Of a stretch of 64,000 nt of DNA, positions 9,954-20,004 are shown in pieces (within the stretch, counting starts at the first letter, position 1; each line of letters begins with the position of its first letter). A program made the position numbers and the translations under genes. The DNA comes from Clostridiales bacterium (lineage in GTDB: Bacteria; Bacillota; Clostridia; Christensenellales; JAISNN01). The notes under the pieces are model-generated. The model saw only the letters and a program-made list of their open reading frames with translations. It was not told the DNA's origin and did not search any database. The stretch spans positions 5,165 through 69,164 of the forward strand of contig JAISNN010000077.1 of assembly GCA_031276195.1 (NCBI GenBank), written 5' to 3'.

Positions 9954-12900
9954 CTATCTGTTTATCGGCTCTATCGAAAACGAAAAGATTAGCGGGCGGT
10001 TCATATCGATCGTATATTTTTTGAGCGGCAGCGGTCCGCAACTGTTGCTTCCCGTTCCGCGCACAAAGCCGTCGATCCTGAGATTCACGGTATTTTTTTC
10101 AATCAAATCCTCTTGATGTTTCGCTTCGGCGAGTTGTTTCGTCGTAAAGCGGTTGGCTGCGAAATTAAAATTCTCCCCCGATTTTTTGAAAATCAGTCCG
10201 TTGCCCTTAGCGTCGAAGATTTTCAGATACCGCACGCCCGAACGGTTTCCGCTGTCCTGCGGCTTTATATACCTTTCGCGAAGTTCCGAAACCTTTTTCG
10301 AATAGATTCCGACCGCCGCGTGGTCGGTCATATCGGGCAGCGTTTCGCCTCCTCCCGTTCCGAAATATTCCGCGTTGTCGTATTTTCCGTCTATCTCGAC
10401 CTCTAACCCGAACCGCGGAATCGGCAGCATTCTCTTATAGACTTTGCAAAGAAGGGCGGCGACGGTCAGCCTTGCCGTAACGGTGATTTTCCCTTTTCCG
10501 TCGATAACGTAAACGACTGATACGTTAAAAAGTTTATACTTTCCTTCCAGCGAATACAAAATTTTTATCTCCGCTTTTTTCGCTTCCGTCTTGCTTTTTT
10601 TCTTAATTTTTTCGCCGTTTTCGCCGACTAACGACGCGGAAAACTTTTTCAAGCGCGGCGACAGCCCGTCGATTCCGAATTTTTTATACAAAACCCTAAT
10701 CATATTGTCGTTGTCTAAGGGCGCGCGGTACACGGAGGGATAAAAGCCCGTTATTCCGCCCTCGGGATTGCGGTTTAGGTATTCCTTTTCTTTATATTTC
10801 AGGCTTGTCATACGTCCCGCCGTCTTATCGAATTCCGCGCTCCCGCCCTTAAATTTGACGGTGAGAGCAGCCGCGCCGTCGACAATTTCCGCTTTATACG
10901 ACGTTTCCTCGCTCTTAAAAACCGACGGAACGGTTTGAAGTTCGATCTGTTCCTCGGCGATAATATGGCCGTCGCGGCGGTCGCGGTATAAAAAATTGAT
11001 ATGATATTCGCCGCTTTTGTCGATTTTTCTGTGCGGTACGGCGATTTTTTGAACGCTTTCGGGGGGAATATCCGCGTCGATCGAACCGCTTTCGGCTTTT
11101 ATGCCGTTTTTCAAAAGTTTCCATTCGATTTCGATATATCCCGACGGCAAAAACCTGTTCGTGTTTTCAAAGGCGTACACTCCCGCCTCCGACAAGGACG
11201 CCCGTACGGGGCGGTATACCGCTTTCATATTGAGCGCGCCCGTGTGGGGCGTGCGGTCGGGGTAGAACAGCCCGTCCACGCAAAAGTTTCCGTCGTGAAT
11301 TTTTTCGCCGTGGTCGCCGCCGTAGGTGTATTTATATTTGTTCGCGTTTCCGGAATTTCCGGCGTTCGCGCCGTCGTTTCCGGCTTGGGATTTTACGGCT
11401 CCGATTTCGTTTTGCGCCTCCGTTTTTTCGGTTTCGGTTTGGAATTTTTCGTTTTCGGTTTCCGTGATGCCGGATATCACTCCGCCCGAAAAATTACCCT
11501 CGCGGAGAGGAATTGCGGTTTTGAATTCTTTTTTTGAAATTCCGCTTTGGGATTTTCCGTTTTCGTTTTCGGTTCGGGATTCTTTATTCTGAATTTCGTT
11601 TTCCGCCGTTTCAACGCCGCTTTGAGATTTTCCGTTTTGAGATTTTCCGTTTTCGGTTTCTTTCGGGTTTTTGCCGGTTTGGCATTCTCCGGTTTCGTGA
11701 AGTACGGCGTGGTCGGCGAATTCCCAAATACAGCCGCCCATAAGAATGTCGGAACTATAAAAAGCCTCGACGTATTCGCGGAGATTTCCCGGTCCGAAGC
11801 CCATCGCGTGGGCGTATTCGCAGAAAAAATACGGAACTTTTTGATATCCCGGGAGAGCCGTACCCTTGACGACGCGCGAAACGTGGCTCATAAAGGGATA
11901 CATCGTGCTTCTCACGTCGTAATATTTTCTTTTCGTGTGCCGCGCTCCCTCGTAGTGGACGGGGGCTTTCGCGCCCTCCGACTTCAAAAGTTTATAGCAA
12001 GCGTCCTGATTCGCGATTCCGCCCGCCTCGTTTCCGAGCGACCACATAATGACGGAGGGGTGATTTCTGTCCTTATAATACAGGCGTTTCACCCTATCCG
12101 TATAGTGTTTTTCCCATTTCGGGTCGTCGCTGATGCGGTTCATACCGGGCTGGCGGTTAAAGATATTCCATTTCTTTTGGTCGAAACAGCCGTGCGTTTC
12201 GATGTCCGCCTCGTCTATGACATAAAGCCCGTACACGTCGCAGAGCGTAACGAAAACCGGGTCTTTGGGGTAATGCGAAGTTCTTACGCCGTTGACGTTA
12301 TATTCTTTCATCAGCAAAACGTCTTTTTTCAACTCCTCCGCCGTCATAACGTAGCCGCCGCTTGGGGTGGAATCGTGGTGATTTACGCCCTTGATTTTGA
12401 TTTTTTTGCCGTTTAATTTAAAGACGTTTCCGTCGATTTCGATGGTTTTGAAGCCCGTATAGTTTCGGATTACGTCGTATATTTCCCCTTTTTCCCCGTC
12501 GTTTCCGCGTTTTTCAAGGGTTATAATCAGTTCGTAGATTTCGGGAATTTCCGCGCTCCATTCCTTTACGGCGAGTTTTTTCAGGCTCAAAGAGGGGTTT
12601 GCGTCCGCGGTTTCGGCGCGCTCCGCCGCTATGACCCCGCCCTTATATTTCAATTCGGCTTTTAAAATAAAGTCCGCAAAAGAGGGGGCTTTCGCGCGTT
12701 CTTTCAAATTTACGTTTTGAATTACGGCGTTTCCGTCGTTGTTTTTTTCCGTTTTTTCTATACTTACGGTTTCGTTTTTCTCCGTATTTTCCGCCGTTCC
12801 GGTATTTTCCGCATCCGCGGTTTCGGCTTTTTCTATACTTTCGCTATTCACGTTTCCGGTATCGGGATTTTCGGCTTTTTCTATACTTACGGCATTAAGA

Positions 12901-13670
12901 CTTTCGGTATTTTCTCCGTCTTTTCCGCCTTTTTCCGCGCCGAAAAGTTTGACCGTCAAGGTCAAATCATACGTTCCGTCCGCGTTTTTGTCCGTATCGG
13001 CGAAGTAGTCTCCGATGAATATTTCGTTATATTCGGTGATATAGACGTCCCGAAAAATCCCGTTTTCCCTGAACATATCCTGACATTCGAGATACGTTCC
13101 GTTGCACCACTTATACACGACGGCGAGCAATTCGTTTTCGCCTTCCGCTATATATCCGTCGATTTTAAACTCCGCGCCGTTGTGTCCGCCCTCGCCGTAT
13201 CCTACGAACTTCCCGTTTATATACACGTCCGCGCAAGCCGCCGCGCCCAAAAAGGTTAAAATATAATTTTTGTTTTCGATAGACTTTACGTCGAATTTTT
13301 TGACGTACACGCCCGCCGGGCAGTCCTCGGGGAAATGCGGCGGATTTGTCTCGAAAGGATACCGTACGTTGAGGTATACGGGGGGTTCGTAACCCGTTCT
13401 CTGCCAGCACGACGGGACTTTAATGCCGTCGAAACTCTCCGCGTCCGTATCGAAGACGTCCGGGATCAGCGAAACCCTTTCAAAATATTTAAATTTCCAA
13501 TCTCCCGAGAGGAGGTTCACCCTTTTCGATTGATATCTTTCGGTCATAAAGTCAGTGTTTTCGAGTTCTTCCGCGCTTGAAAAAGGAATAAAATAAGCCC
13601 TCGGCGCGAGTCTGTTTTTTTCAAAAATTTCAAACGTCTTATAATTTGTTTTGTCGATTTGATATTTCAT
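9954..13670 (-). CDS. beta-galactosidase, glycoside hydrolase family 2, with two low-complexity insertions
   Basis: LacZ-like: sugar-binding domain, NHHDS, WSLGNEAG (acid/base Glu), CEYAHAMG (nucleophile Glu), C-terminal small-chain domain. The start was moved to ATG 13668-13670 (MKYQIDKTNY) with RBS AAAGGGGAA; the upstream 41 codons of the track ORF are Lys-rich junk. Confidence 0.85.
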   Translation of the reverse strand: MKYQIDKTNYKTFEIFEKNRLAPRAYFIPFSSAEELENTDFMTERYQSKRVNLLSGDWKFKYFERVSLIPDVFDTDAESFDGIKVPSCWQRTGYEPPVYLNVRYPFETNPPHFPEDCPAGVYVKKFDVKSIENKNYILTFLGAAACADVYINGKFVGYGEGGHNGAEFKIDGYIAEGENELLAVVYKWCNGTYLECQDMFRENGIFRDVYITEYNEIFIGDYFADTDKNADGTYDLTLTVKLFGAEKGGKDGENTESLNAVSIEKAENPDTGNVNSESIEKAETADAENTGTAENTEKNETVSIEKTEKNNDGNAVIQNVNLKERAKAPSFADFILKAELKYKGGVIAAERAETADANPSLSLKKLAVKEWSAEIPEIYELIITLEKRGNDGEKGEIYDVIRNYTGFKTIEIDGNVFKLNGKKIKIKGVNHHDSTPSGGYVMTAEELKKDVLLMKEYNVNGVRTSHYPKDPVFVTLCDVYGLYVIDEADIETHGCFDQKKWNIFNRQPGMNRISDDPKWEKHYTDRVKRLYYKDRNHPSVIMWSLGNEAGGIANQDACYKLLKSEGAKAPVHYEGARHTKRKYYDVRSTMYPFMSHVSRVVKGTALPGYQKVPYFFCEYAHAMGFGPGNLREYVEAFYSSDILMGGCIWEFADHAVLHETGECQTGKNPKETENGKSQNGKSQSGVETAENEIQNKESRTENENGKSQSGISKKEFKTAIPLREGNFSGGVISGITETENEKFQTETEKTEAQNEIGAVKSQAGNDGANAGNSGNANKYKYTYGGDHGEKIHDGNFCVDGLFYPDRTPHTGALNMKAVYRPVRASLSEAGVYAFENTNRFLPSGYIEIEWKLLKNGIKAESGSIDADIPPESVQKIAVPHRKIDKSGEYHINFLYRDRRDGHIIAEEQIELQTVPSVFKSEETSYKAEIVDGAAALTVKFKGGSAEFDKTAGRMTSLKYKEKEYLNRNPEGGITGFYPSVYRAPLDNDNMIRVLYKKFGIDGLSPRLKKFSASLVGENGEKIKKKSKTEAKKAEIKILYSLEGKYKLFNVSVVYVIDGKGKITVTARLTVAALLCKVYKRMLPIPRFGLEVEIDGKYDNAEYFGTGGGETLPDMTDHAAVGIYSKKVSELRERYIKPQDSGNRSGVRYLKIFDAKGNGLIFKKSGENFNFAANRFTTKQLAEAKHQEDLIEKNTVNLRIDGFVRGTGSNSCGPLPLKKYTIDMNRPLIFSFSIEPINR

Positions 13671-13964
13671 TGCCGTTCCCCTTTTTTTTATTGAATTTCC
13701 GTATAAATCTTTTTTTTTGAAAATGCAACGTTTTTTTGAATTTTTTATAAATCTTTTTTTTAGGAATTTCCGTTTTTTTATACGGAATTGCAAACGAAGG
13801 TTTTTTTATTGAATTCCGCATAAATCTTTTTTTTTGAAAATGCAACGTTTTTTTAGAATTTTTTATAAATCTTTTTTTTGATATAAATACGGCCGCTTCC
13901 AAAATGCTTTTTTAGAAACGGCCTAAATTCACAGTTTATACACGCTAAACTTTAAAATACGGAA

Positions 13965-15200
13965 TTACAAGCCCTTCTCGTCGTAAAGCAAAACCGTATC
14001 GGTAACGATGTCGAACGCCTTTCCGAGAGTTTCGGGCGAGAGGTTGTCTTTCGTATCCTCTCTGGTGTGGTAGTAACTTTGCAAATTGTGATCCAATCCC
14101 GAAAGGCAGGTCGATCTGATCCCCGCCTGCGCGAAAGCGGCGGCGTCCGTCGCGCCCAAAGTAACCGTCGCGTAAGGAAGATCTATACCGTTCTTTTTAC
14201 CGGCCTCTCTGACCAGCGCGGCGGTGTCCAAATCGTTTTTAACTATTCCGTTGATGTCTTTCGTGTATAGGCAGAAATGCTCCGATTCTCTCAGCGTCTC
14301 CATACAAATCACGACGGTGGGAATATTTTCGGGCGAATTTTTCAATTCGGGGTGATTCTTTGCGAAAGCCTTCGCGCCGCGCAGACCGGCCTCCTCCGCG
14401 CCCGAGATCAGGACGCAAAGTTCCGTATTTTGAAGTTTGATTCCCGCCTCTTTCAACGCTTTCGGCACGGCGAGAGAAACGTAACACGCGGTCAAATTGT
14501 CGTTCGCGCCGTCGACCACGACTTTTTTGTTGTGGAATTTATAAAGCGCGGCCCAAACGACCAAAAACACAAGCCCGATAAGCCCTAAAACGAGCGAAGC
14601 GTTTTCTGCCGTCGCTTGAACGAAAATGCCGCTTGCGTCCGCTAAATCTATCGATATGCACGATATGACGACGACGTATACCGCGCCGATAAGAGAGCCG
14701 ATAAACACGGTTACCATACCCTTCATTCCGAATTTATAGAGCCAAAACCATTCCTCCGTCGCGTCGGCGTGTCCGTTGACGATGATTCTTCTTTTGACCT
14801 CGCCTTTCGGTTTTATAACGCCGTAGACGTTGACCGACTCCGCCTTTTTGTAGAGGGGGTCGAACCAGGTTTTATACAGAACGAGTTGCGAAACCATAGG
14901 TATAAACGCCAGCAAAACTAAGATGATCGAGATGATCGGCGCGAAAAAATACGCCGCCAAACTCAAAATCAAAAGCGTCGCGGTTATGTAGATCCAATCC
15001 ATAAAGGAATTCGGGTGAAGTTCAAACTTCTCGTCCGTAACCGTATCGCAAATCTTTTCCAATTCGGTCTTGAAATAAGCCTGCGCGTCTTTTTCGCCCT
15101 GCGTTCCCGGAAAACGCTTTCCGAACGTGTCCGTAACATGACCGATCCCGTCGACCATATACTTCACGGAATCCGACCTGATCTTTTCAGAAATCTTCAT
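13965..15200 (-). CDS. M28-family peptidase-like membrane protein
   Basis: peptidase M28-like N- and C-terminal halves (HADATEE..., ISGAEE.GLRGA, HT.ED) interrupted by about 4 TM helices. The start was set to ATG at 15198-15200 (MKISEKIR) with a perfect AAGGAG RBS. Confidence 0.55.
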   Translation of the reverse strand: MKISEKIRSDSVKYMVDGIGHVTDTFGKRFPGTQGEKDAQAYFKTELEKICDTVTDEKFELHPNSFMDWIYITATLLILSLAAYFFAPIISIILVLLAFIPMVSQLVLYKTWFDPLYKKAESVNVYGVIKPKGEVKRRIIVNGHADATEEWFWLYKFGMKGMVTVFIGSLIGAVYVVVISCISIDLADASGIFVQATAENASLVLGLIGLVFLVVWAALYKFHNKKVVVDGANDNLTACYVSLAVPKALKEAGIKLQNTELCVLISGAEEAGLRGAKAFAKNHPELKNSPENIPTVVICMETLRESEHFCLYTKDINGIVKNDLDTAALVREAGKKNGIDLPYATVTLGATDAAAFAQAGIRSTCLSGLDHNLQSYYHTREDTKDNLSPETLGKAFDIVTDTVLLYDEKGL

Positions 15201-15439
15201 AGAAATGCTCCTTATTATCGCTTGTTTTGGGATTATATCAGTCATTATAACACAAACAAAATTAAAACACAAGCCGTTTAGCGATACTATTAAATATAAA
15301 TTTTCTAAAATTTCAAATTTATTACGGAATATTTAATAAAAATCTTGCAAAAAGAACAAACCGTTCGTTTGCGGGCTATTCTCATAAGTCCTCCGCGATC
15401 CATAGCCTTGACGAAAAAACACAACGCTTTTTATCTTTT

Positions 15440-15889
15440 TTACTTAAAATATTTTTCCTCTATCTCCGCGATTTTGTCGACTCTTCTCTGATGTCTGCCG
15501 CCCTCGAAGTCCGTCGCGATCCACGCCTTGACGATCTTTTCCGCAAGGCTTTTATCGACGACTCTGCCCCCGACCGCGAGTACGTTGCTGTCGTTATGCG
15601 CGGCGGTCGCTTTCGCCGAAAACTCGTCGTTACATACGGCGGCGCGGATTCCCTTGACCTTGTTGGCGCAAATCGCCATACCTATACCCGTTCCGCAGAG
15701 GAGGATTCCCTTGCGGCACTTACCGCCCGCGACGGCTTCCGCGACGGCGAGCGCGAAGTCGGGGTAGTCGCAGGACTCCTCGCCGTAAGTTCCGTAGTCC
15801 ATAATTTCGTGTCCCGACGACGCAAGACAATTTACGACGGTTTCTTTGAGGACAAAGCCCGCCGCGTCGCATCCGATTGCAATTTTCAT
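15440..15889 (-). CDS. rpiB: ribose-5-phosphate isomerase B (RpiB/LacAB family)
   Basis: 149 aa; MKIAIGCDAAG...LCGTGIGM.I.ANK...R...C motifs. Confidence 0.85.
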   Translation of the reverse strand: MKIAIGCDAAGFVLKETVVNCLASSGHEIMDYGTYGEESCDYPDFALAVAEAVAGGKCRKGILLCGTGIGMAICANKVKGIRAAVCNDEFSAKATAAHNDSNVLAVGGRVVDKSLAEKIVKAWIATDFEGGRHQRRVDKIAEIEEKYFK

Positions 15890-15899
15890 AGTTTCGACT

Positions 15900-16260
15900 C
15901 TCCTTAAACAAAATGATTGACGTTTTATTTTCTTTTATCCGTATTCTTTCGTTTTATTTTTTTGTTATTTCAGTTTTTGCTTTTTTCTTTTCTCTTGCCC
16001 CTTGTTATTTCCGCTTTTGCTTTTTTCTTTTGACTTTCGTTGTTTCTATTTTTGCTTTTCTTTTTTCTTGCCATTTTGTTATTTCCGCTTTTGCTTTTTT
16101 CTTTTGACTTTGATTATTTATATTTTTGCTTTTTTTCTTTTCTTTATATTTGTTAATTCGTTTTTTTGCTTTCTTTTTTTCTTTTCCGTTTCTATTTCGT
16201 TTTATTCTTTTATCATATTCTATCACATCGCAGGACAAAAATCAAATTTCCGAACGCGTT
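15900..16260. repeat. CT-rich degenerate repeat block (TTTTGCTTTTTTCTTTTGACTTT...)
   Basis: two about 75-bp copies (16000-16075 and 16076-16135) plus degenerate flanks; the ORFs it encodes are poly-F/L junk. Confidence 0.6.
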
Positions 16261-16367
16261 TTATAAATAAAAATGCTTAAAACGGGGAATACTATTGTAG
16301 AATTCGTATTTATGAAATTAAAATTGAATAAAAAAATACCGCTTAAAAAAAAACGGAGAAATATTAT

Positions 16368-17555
16368 ATGAAAAATTTCAAAATCTCAATCAAAAAAACA
16401 GCCGCCCTCGCCGCCGCCCTGTCTCTCCTCATCGCCGCGCTCGTTTCGTGCCAGCACTCGTCGCCGAAAAGCCTCGCGCGCGCCTACGTTACGGATTATA
16501 AGGCGATGAACGCGGCGGGAATTACGGGACTGTACCGCCACGAAAACGACGGCGAAAGAGAAGAATTTAAAGAAGCCCTCGAAAAAACCTTCGGGGACGC
16601 GTCCGAAAGCGAAAAAACAAGCGTCAAATCCGCGAAGTTTAAGGGTTACGAAAAGACGGACGGGAACAAAAATTCGGAAACGGGCGTCGTTAAGATCGCG
16701 GTCAAAACGGGCGGAAACGGCGGAAAAAACGAGCGGAACGTCCCTATGAATTTCGTGAAAATCAAAAATAAATGGTATATCAAAAAGACGCAAAATCAAG
16801 AAACCCAAATATCCGTAACCGCGGCTAAGCCATACGAAACGGATATTGCAACAAACAAAAAAACAAGCGGCGCAAAAAATTTTAGTGCGTACGCAAAAGC
16901 AAACGGCGTAAAGAATTTTATTATGAACGCAAAAACAAGCGGCGCAAAAAATGTCATTATGAACGCAAAAACAAACGGCGCAAAGAATGTCATTATGAAC
17001 GCAAAAACAAGCGGCGCGGCGGATTTTAATATAAACACCTCAATGAACGCCGAAGTAAACGGTACGCCGAACGCCGGAAAAAATGTGAAAGATTTTTTTG
17101 AAAATTTCGGCGAACGGATAAAGAATGCGGCGGAAAAAATGCGATCCGAACTCGGCGGTTTTTTGAACGACGCGGCGGATAAAGCGAAGGTCCTTATCGA
17201 CGGCGTAATCGCTTCCGCGAAAAAGATAAACTCCGGATTCGCCGCCTTCGCGAAAAAAACGGCGGATAAGGTGAAAAACTTTGCGGACGGAATTATTAAT
17301 TCCCTTCAAAAAACGAATTCAAAATTCGCGGGTTTTGCCAAAAACGCGGCGGACAAAGCCCGAACCGTTATAGACGGAATTATTAATTCCACAAAAAAAT
17401 TCAACGCGGAATTCGGGAAATTTGCCAAAAACGCGGCGGATAAAGCCCGAACCGTTATAGACGGAATTATTAATTCCTCAAAAAAATTCAACGCGGAATT
17501 CGGAAAATTTACCAAAACGCGGCGGATAAAATCAAGACCGTACCCGACGGCATAA
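16368..17555 (+). CDS. repeat-containing lipoprotein (signal peptide with LVSC lipobox), probably 3'-frameshifted
   Basis: MKNFKISIKKTAALAAALSLLIAALVSC; internal tandem repeats NAKTSGAKNVIM x3 and AADKARTVIDGIINSxKKFNAEFGKFAKN x3. The last repeat shifts frame at an A4 run (17507-17510) where earlier copies have A5; the +1 frame continues the repeat (..DKIKTVPDGIIAAHRRRNVI*). Confidence 0.6.
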   Translation: MKNFKISIKKTAALAAALSLLIAALVSCQHSSPKSLARAYVTDYKAMNAAGITGLYRHENDGEREEFKEALEKTFGDASESEKTSVKSAKFKGYEKTDGNKNSETGVVKIAVKTGGNGGKNERNVPMNFVKIKNKWYIKKTQNQETQISVTAAKPYETDIATNKKTSGAKNFSAYAKANGVKNFIMNAKTSGAKNVIMNAKTNGAKNVIMNAKTSGAADFNINTSMNAEVNGTPNAGKNVKDFFENFGERIKNAAEKMRSELGGFLNDAADKAKVLIDGVIASAKKINSGFAAFAKKTADKVKNFADGIINSLQKTNSKFAGFAKNAADKARTVIDGIINSTKKFNAEFGKFAKNAADKARTVIDGIINSSKKFNAEFGKFTKTRRIKSRPYPTA

Positions 17556-17817
17556 TCGCCGCCCACCGCCGTCGCAACGTGATTTAAATTATACAAAACG
17601 GAGGGCTTAATTTAAGTCCTCCGCTATAACGCTTTTCCGCGCTTCTATACCGCGGAATATTCGCCTTTTCTTTGCCTTTCTCAAAGCGTTTTCCGCAATT
17701 CAAAATTGAAAAATTTACGCTCTTTTTTATAACACTTTTCCGCGCTTCTATACCGCCTATTTGCCGCCCCTTATTTAGCCCTACGCGGATTAAAATCAAA
17801 ACGCAGCCGGCGGTTTT

Positions 17818-18546
17818 TCACACCGTTTCCTTGCTGATATTTTTTGAAACGGTTACCTCTTGAAATTTGTTGTCCTTATAAAATCTCAAAATTTTCGGCA
17901 ACGCCTCCAAGGTATGCGCCGTGGGGTGCATAAGGACAAGATCGCCGTTTTTGAGGTTCTTTACGGCGCGCTCAAAAGTCAGATTCGGGTCTTTGTCGCG
18001 CCAATCGATGGTATCCTTGCTCCACATAATGACGTCGTAGCCGAGATCCGCGCTTGCCTTAAACATCTCTTTCCCGACGGAGCCGGACGGCGGCGCGAAA
18101 AGCGTCATTTTTATGCCGCAAATCTCCTCGATCAATCTGTGATTCATAATGATTTCGTCATAATTTTCCTTGTAACTCAGTTTTTCGGGCGATCTGTGAT
18201 AATACCCGTGATTGCCGATTTCGTGTCCGTTTTCGCAGATTTTTTTGACTAACGCCCCGTTCCGCATAGCGAAACTTCCGCCGATAAAAAAAGTCGCCTT
18301 GACTCCGTATTCCTCGAAAACCCTCATCATCGGCTCGATATATTCGCCGCCCGTATAGACGTTGATCATAAGGGATACATAGGGCTTTTCGGAATTTCCC
18401 CTGTAATAAGCGCGGCTGTTCCCCGCCGCCGCGATCGCCCCGCCGCCCGCGAACGCCGCGATAAACAACGCCGCAAGCGTCAAAAAAATTACCGCGTTCC
18501 CGAGCGCGTATATGTGAAAACTTTTGCCGTCCCCCGCCTTTCTCAT
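17818..18546 (-). CDS. polysaccharide deacetylase (NodB homology domain), membrane-anchored
   Basis: 242 aa; N-terminal TM; TFDDG-equivalent region, GHEIGNHGYYH, LMH motifs of CE4 deacetylases. Confidence 0.75.
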   Translation of the reverse strand: MRKAGDGKSFHIYALGNAVIFLTLAALFIAAFAGGGAIAAAGNSRAYYRGNSEKPYVSLMINVYTGGEYIEPMMRVFEEYGVKATFFIGGSFAMRNGALVKKICENGHEIGNHGYYHRSPEKLSYKENYDEIIMNHRLIEEICGIKMTLFAPPSGSVGKEMFKASADLGYDVIMWSKDTIDWRDKDPNLTFERAVKNLKNGDLVLMHPTAHTLEALPKILRFYKDNKFQEVTVSKNISKETV

Positions 18547-18669
18547 AAAACATACATCCCAACCGTCTTTTTGTATATCCTATGCGCGGGATTTTTATAA
18601 TATACCCGTCATAATATGCAAGTTGCGCGTTTGAATTTCGGAATCCGTATCGATGAATAAAAAACGTCC

Positions 18670-19032
18670 TTAAAGTCCGCCTTTCTCTTGCCCCGCGAGT
18701 TTGATCTCAATCCCCAAAACGCCGCACCGTTTCTCTTGTTCCTTTGAGTAGTAGTTTTTATACGTATCGGCAAGCCGTTCCCCGATCCCTTTATGCGCCG
18801 AACCGCAAACCTCGGGCGTGAATTTTTCATACAGTTCGCGGAACGTACCGAAAGGATAAAGCCCGACGACTTCGACCGTTAATTGTTCCGCGCCGTCCGT
18901 CCGCGTGAAAATGATAACGTCGCCTTTTTTCACGCCTTTACGCTTTTCGTCGTTCAAACGTATTTCCACCGTCTTTTTGCCCGCTTTCATCGCCTCGAAC
19001 GGCGCGGAATTCAATCGCATATTGTGAACCAT
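18670..19032 (-). CDS. ASCH-domain protein
   Basis: 120 aa; FEAMKAGKKTVEIRLND pattern typical of the ASCH beta-barrel; RBS AGGGAGA 6 nt upstream. Confidence 0.55.
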   Translation of the reverse strand: MVHNMRLNSAPFEAMKAGKKTVEIRLNDEKRKGVKKGDVIIFTRTDGAEQLTVEVVGLYPFGTFRELYEKFTPEVCGSAHKGIGERLADTYKNYYSKEQEKRCGVLGIEIKLAGQEKGGL

Positions 19033-19175
19033 AAAAAATCTCCCTAAAAAAACAATGCCGCTGTATCAACGCCCATATGTCAAAACCGCCGCGCAAATAA
19101 AGATCTTGCTTTATAAAACCGCGGAATCCGACCGTCCGTAACGTTGAAAAATCATACCCGAAAACTATAAAATTT

Positions 19176-19618
19176 CTAACAATGCCAAACGCATCTCGCC
19201 GGGTTCGGCTCGTTTTCCACCGCGACCGCCCGTAACGCTGCGGTATAGTCCGCGCAAACCTCCTCGGCAATTCTATCATACTCCGCTTCGTCCGCGCCGA
19301 ATCCCAATTTAAATACTTACGCGCCTAACAATGCCAAACACATCTCGCCGGGTTCGGCTCGTTTTCCGCCGCGACCGCCCGCAACGCGGCGGTATAGTCC
19401 GCGCAAACTTCCTCGGCGATTTTATCATACTCCGCTTCGTCCGCGCCGAATTCCAATTTAAATACTTACGCGCCTAACAATGCCAAACACATCTCGCCGG
19501 GTTCGGCTCGTTTTCCGCCGCAACCGCCCGCAACGCGGCGGTATAGTCCGCGCAAACCTCCTCGGCAATTCTATCATACTCCGCTTCGTCCGCGCCGAAT
19601 CCCAAGCGGTCATAAGCG
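19176..19618. repeat. three tandem copies (about 149 bp) of the 3'-terminal coding segment plus stop of the 19474..20004 gene
   Basis: copies at 19176-19324, 19325-19473 and 19474-19618 (the last is the real gene end); each begins CTAACAATGCCAAAC (stop codon on minus strand). Confidence 0.85.
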
Positions 19619-20004
19619 ATTGCCGCCGCCGCGTAAAAATACAACCCAAGCGAATGCGGCGCGGCGTGTATACTTCCCGCCGCCTGTCCGACGGCTCTCG
19701 CGGCGGCTTGCGCGATCGGATTGTTCTCTTGCTCGCGCGCGGCGGCGTGGCACTCGTTCAAAATGATATTTTTCACATACGGCAGTTTAACCTTTCCGTC
19801 CAGCCATTCGCGCGCGGCGGCTATCGCGCGGACGGGACGCGAATCATTCGGGCAATACCTCTCAAACAACGGAATCATCCGCCGCTCGGCATAATTCAAC
19901 GTCCAATTCGCAACCGTGATTTTGCTCTGCGTTTCGATCAGCCGCATCAGCGCGGCGACGGACGGCGACCCGACCTTGCCGAGAGTTTTTCTCAATTTTT
20001 TCAT
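19474..20004 (-). CDS. hypothetical alpha-helical protein (possible immunity-like protein)
   Basis: 176 aa; Ala-rich helical, no catalytic motif; RBS AAGGAG; embedded in a duplication array. Confidence 0.5.
   Translation of the reverse strand: MKKLRKTLGKVGSPSVAALMRLIETQSKITVANWTLNYAERRMIPLFERYCPNDSRPVRAIAAAREWLDGKVKLPYVKNIILNECHAAAREQENNPIAQAAARAVGQAAGSIHAAPHSLGLYFYAAAAIAYDRLGFGADEAEYDRIAEEVCADYTAALRAVAAENEPNPARCVWHC

Noticed and set aside
11001-12416. Plus-strand ORFs (178 aa, 289 aa and others) inside the beta-galactosidase gene
   Set aside because: They are antisense to a well-supported GH2 CDS. Their Phe/Arg-rich low-complexity translations are typical of shadow frames over GC3-rich coding and repeat sequence.
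13639-13902. 87-aa minus-strand ORF upstream of the beta-galactosidase gene
   Set aside because: It is a Lys/Phe-rich translation of an AT-rich repeat (the RFIKNSKK motif is duplicated). It also forms the spurious N-terminal extension of the track's 1279-aa ORF. The real start with an RBS is at 13670.
15913-16280. ORFs 15913..16107 and 16002..16280 (+)
   Set aside because: They are encoded entirely by a CT-rich repeat block, giving poly-Phe/Leu junk with no RBS.
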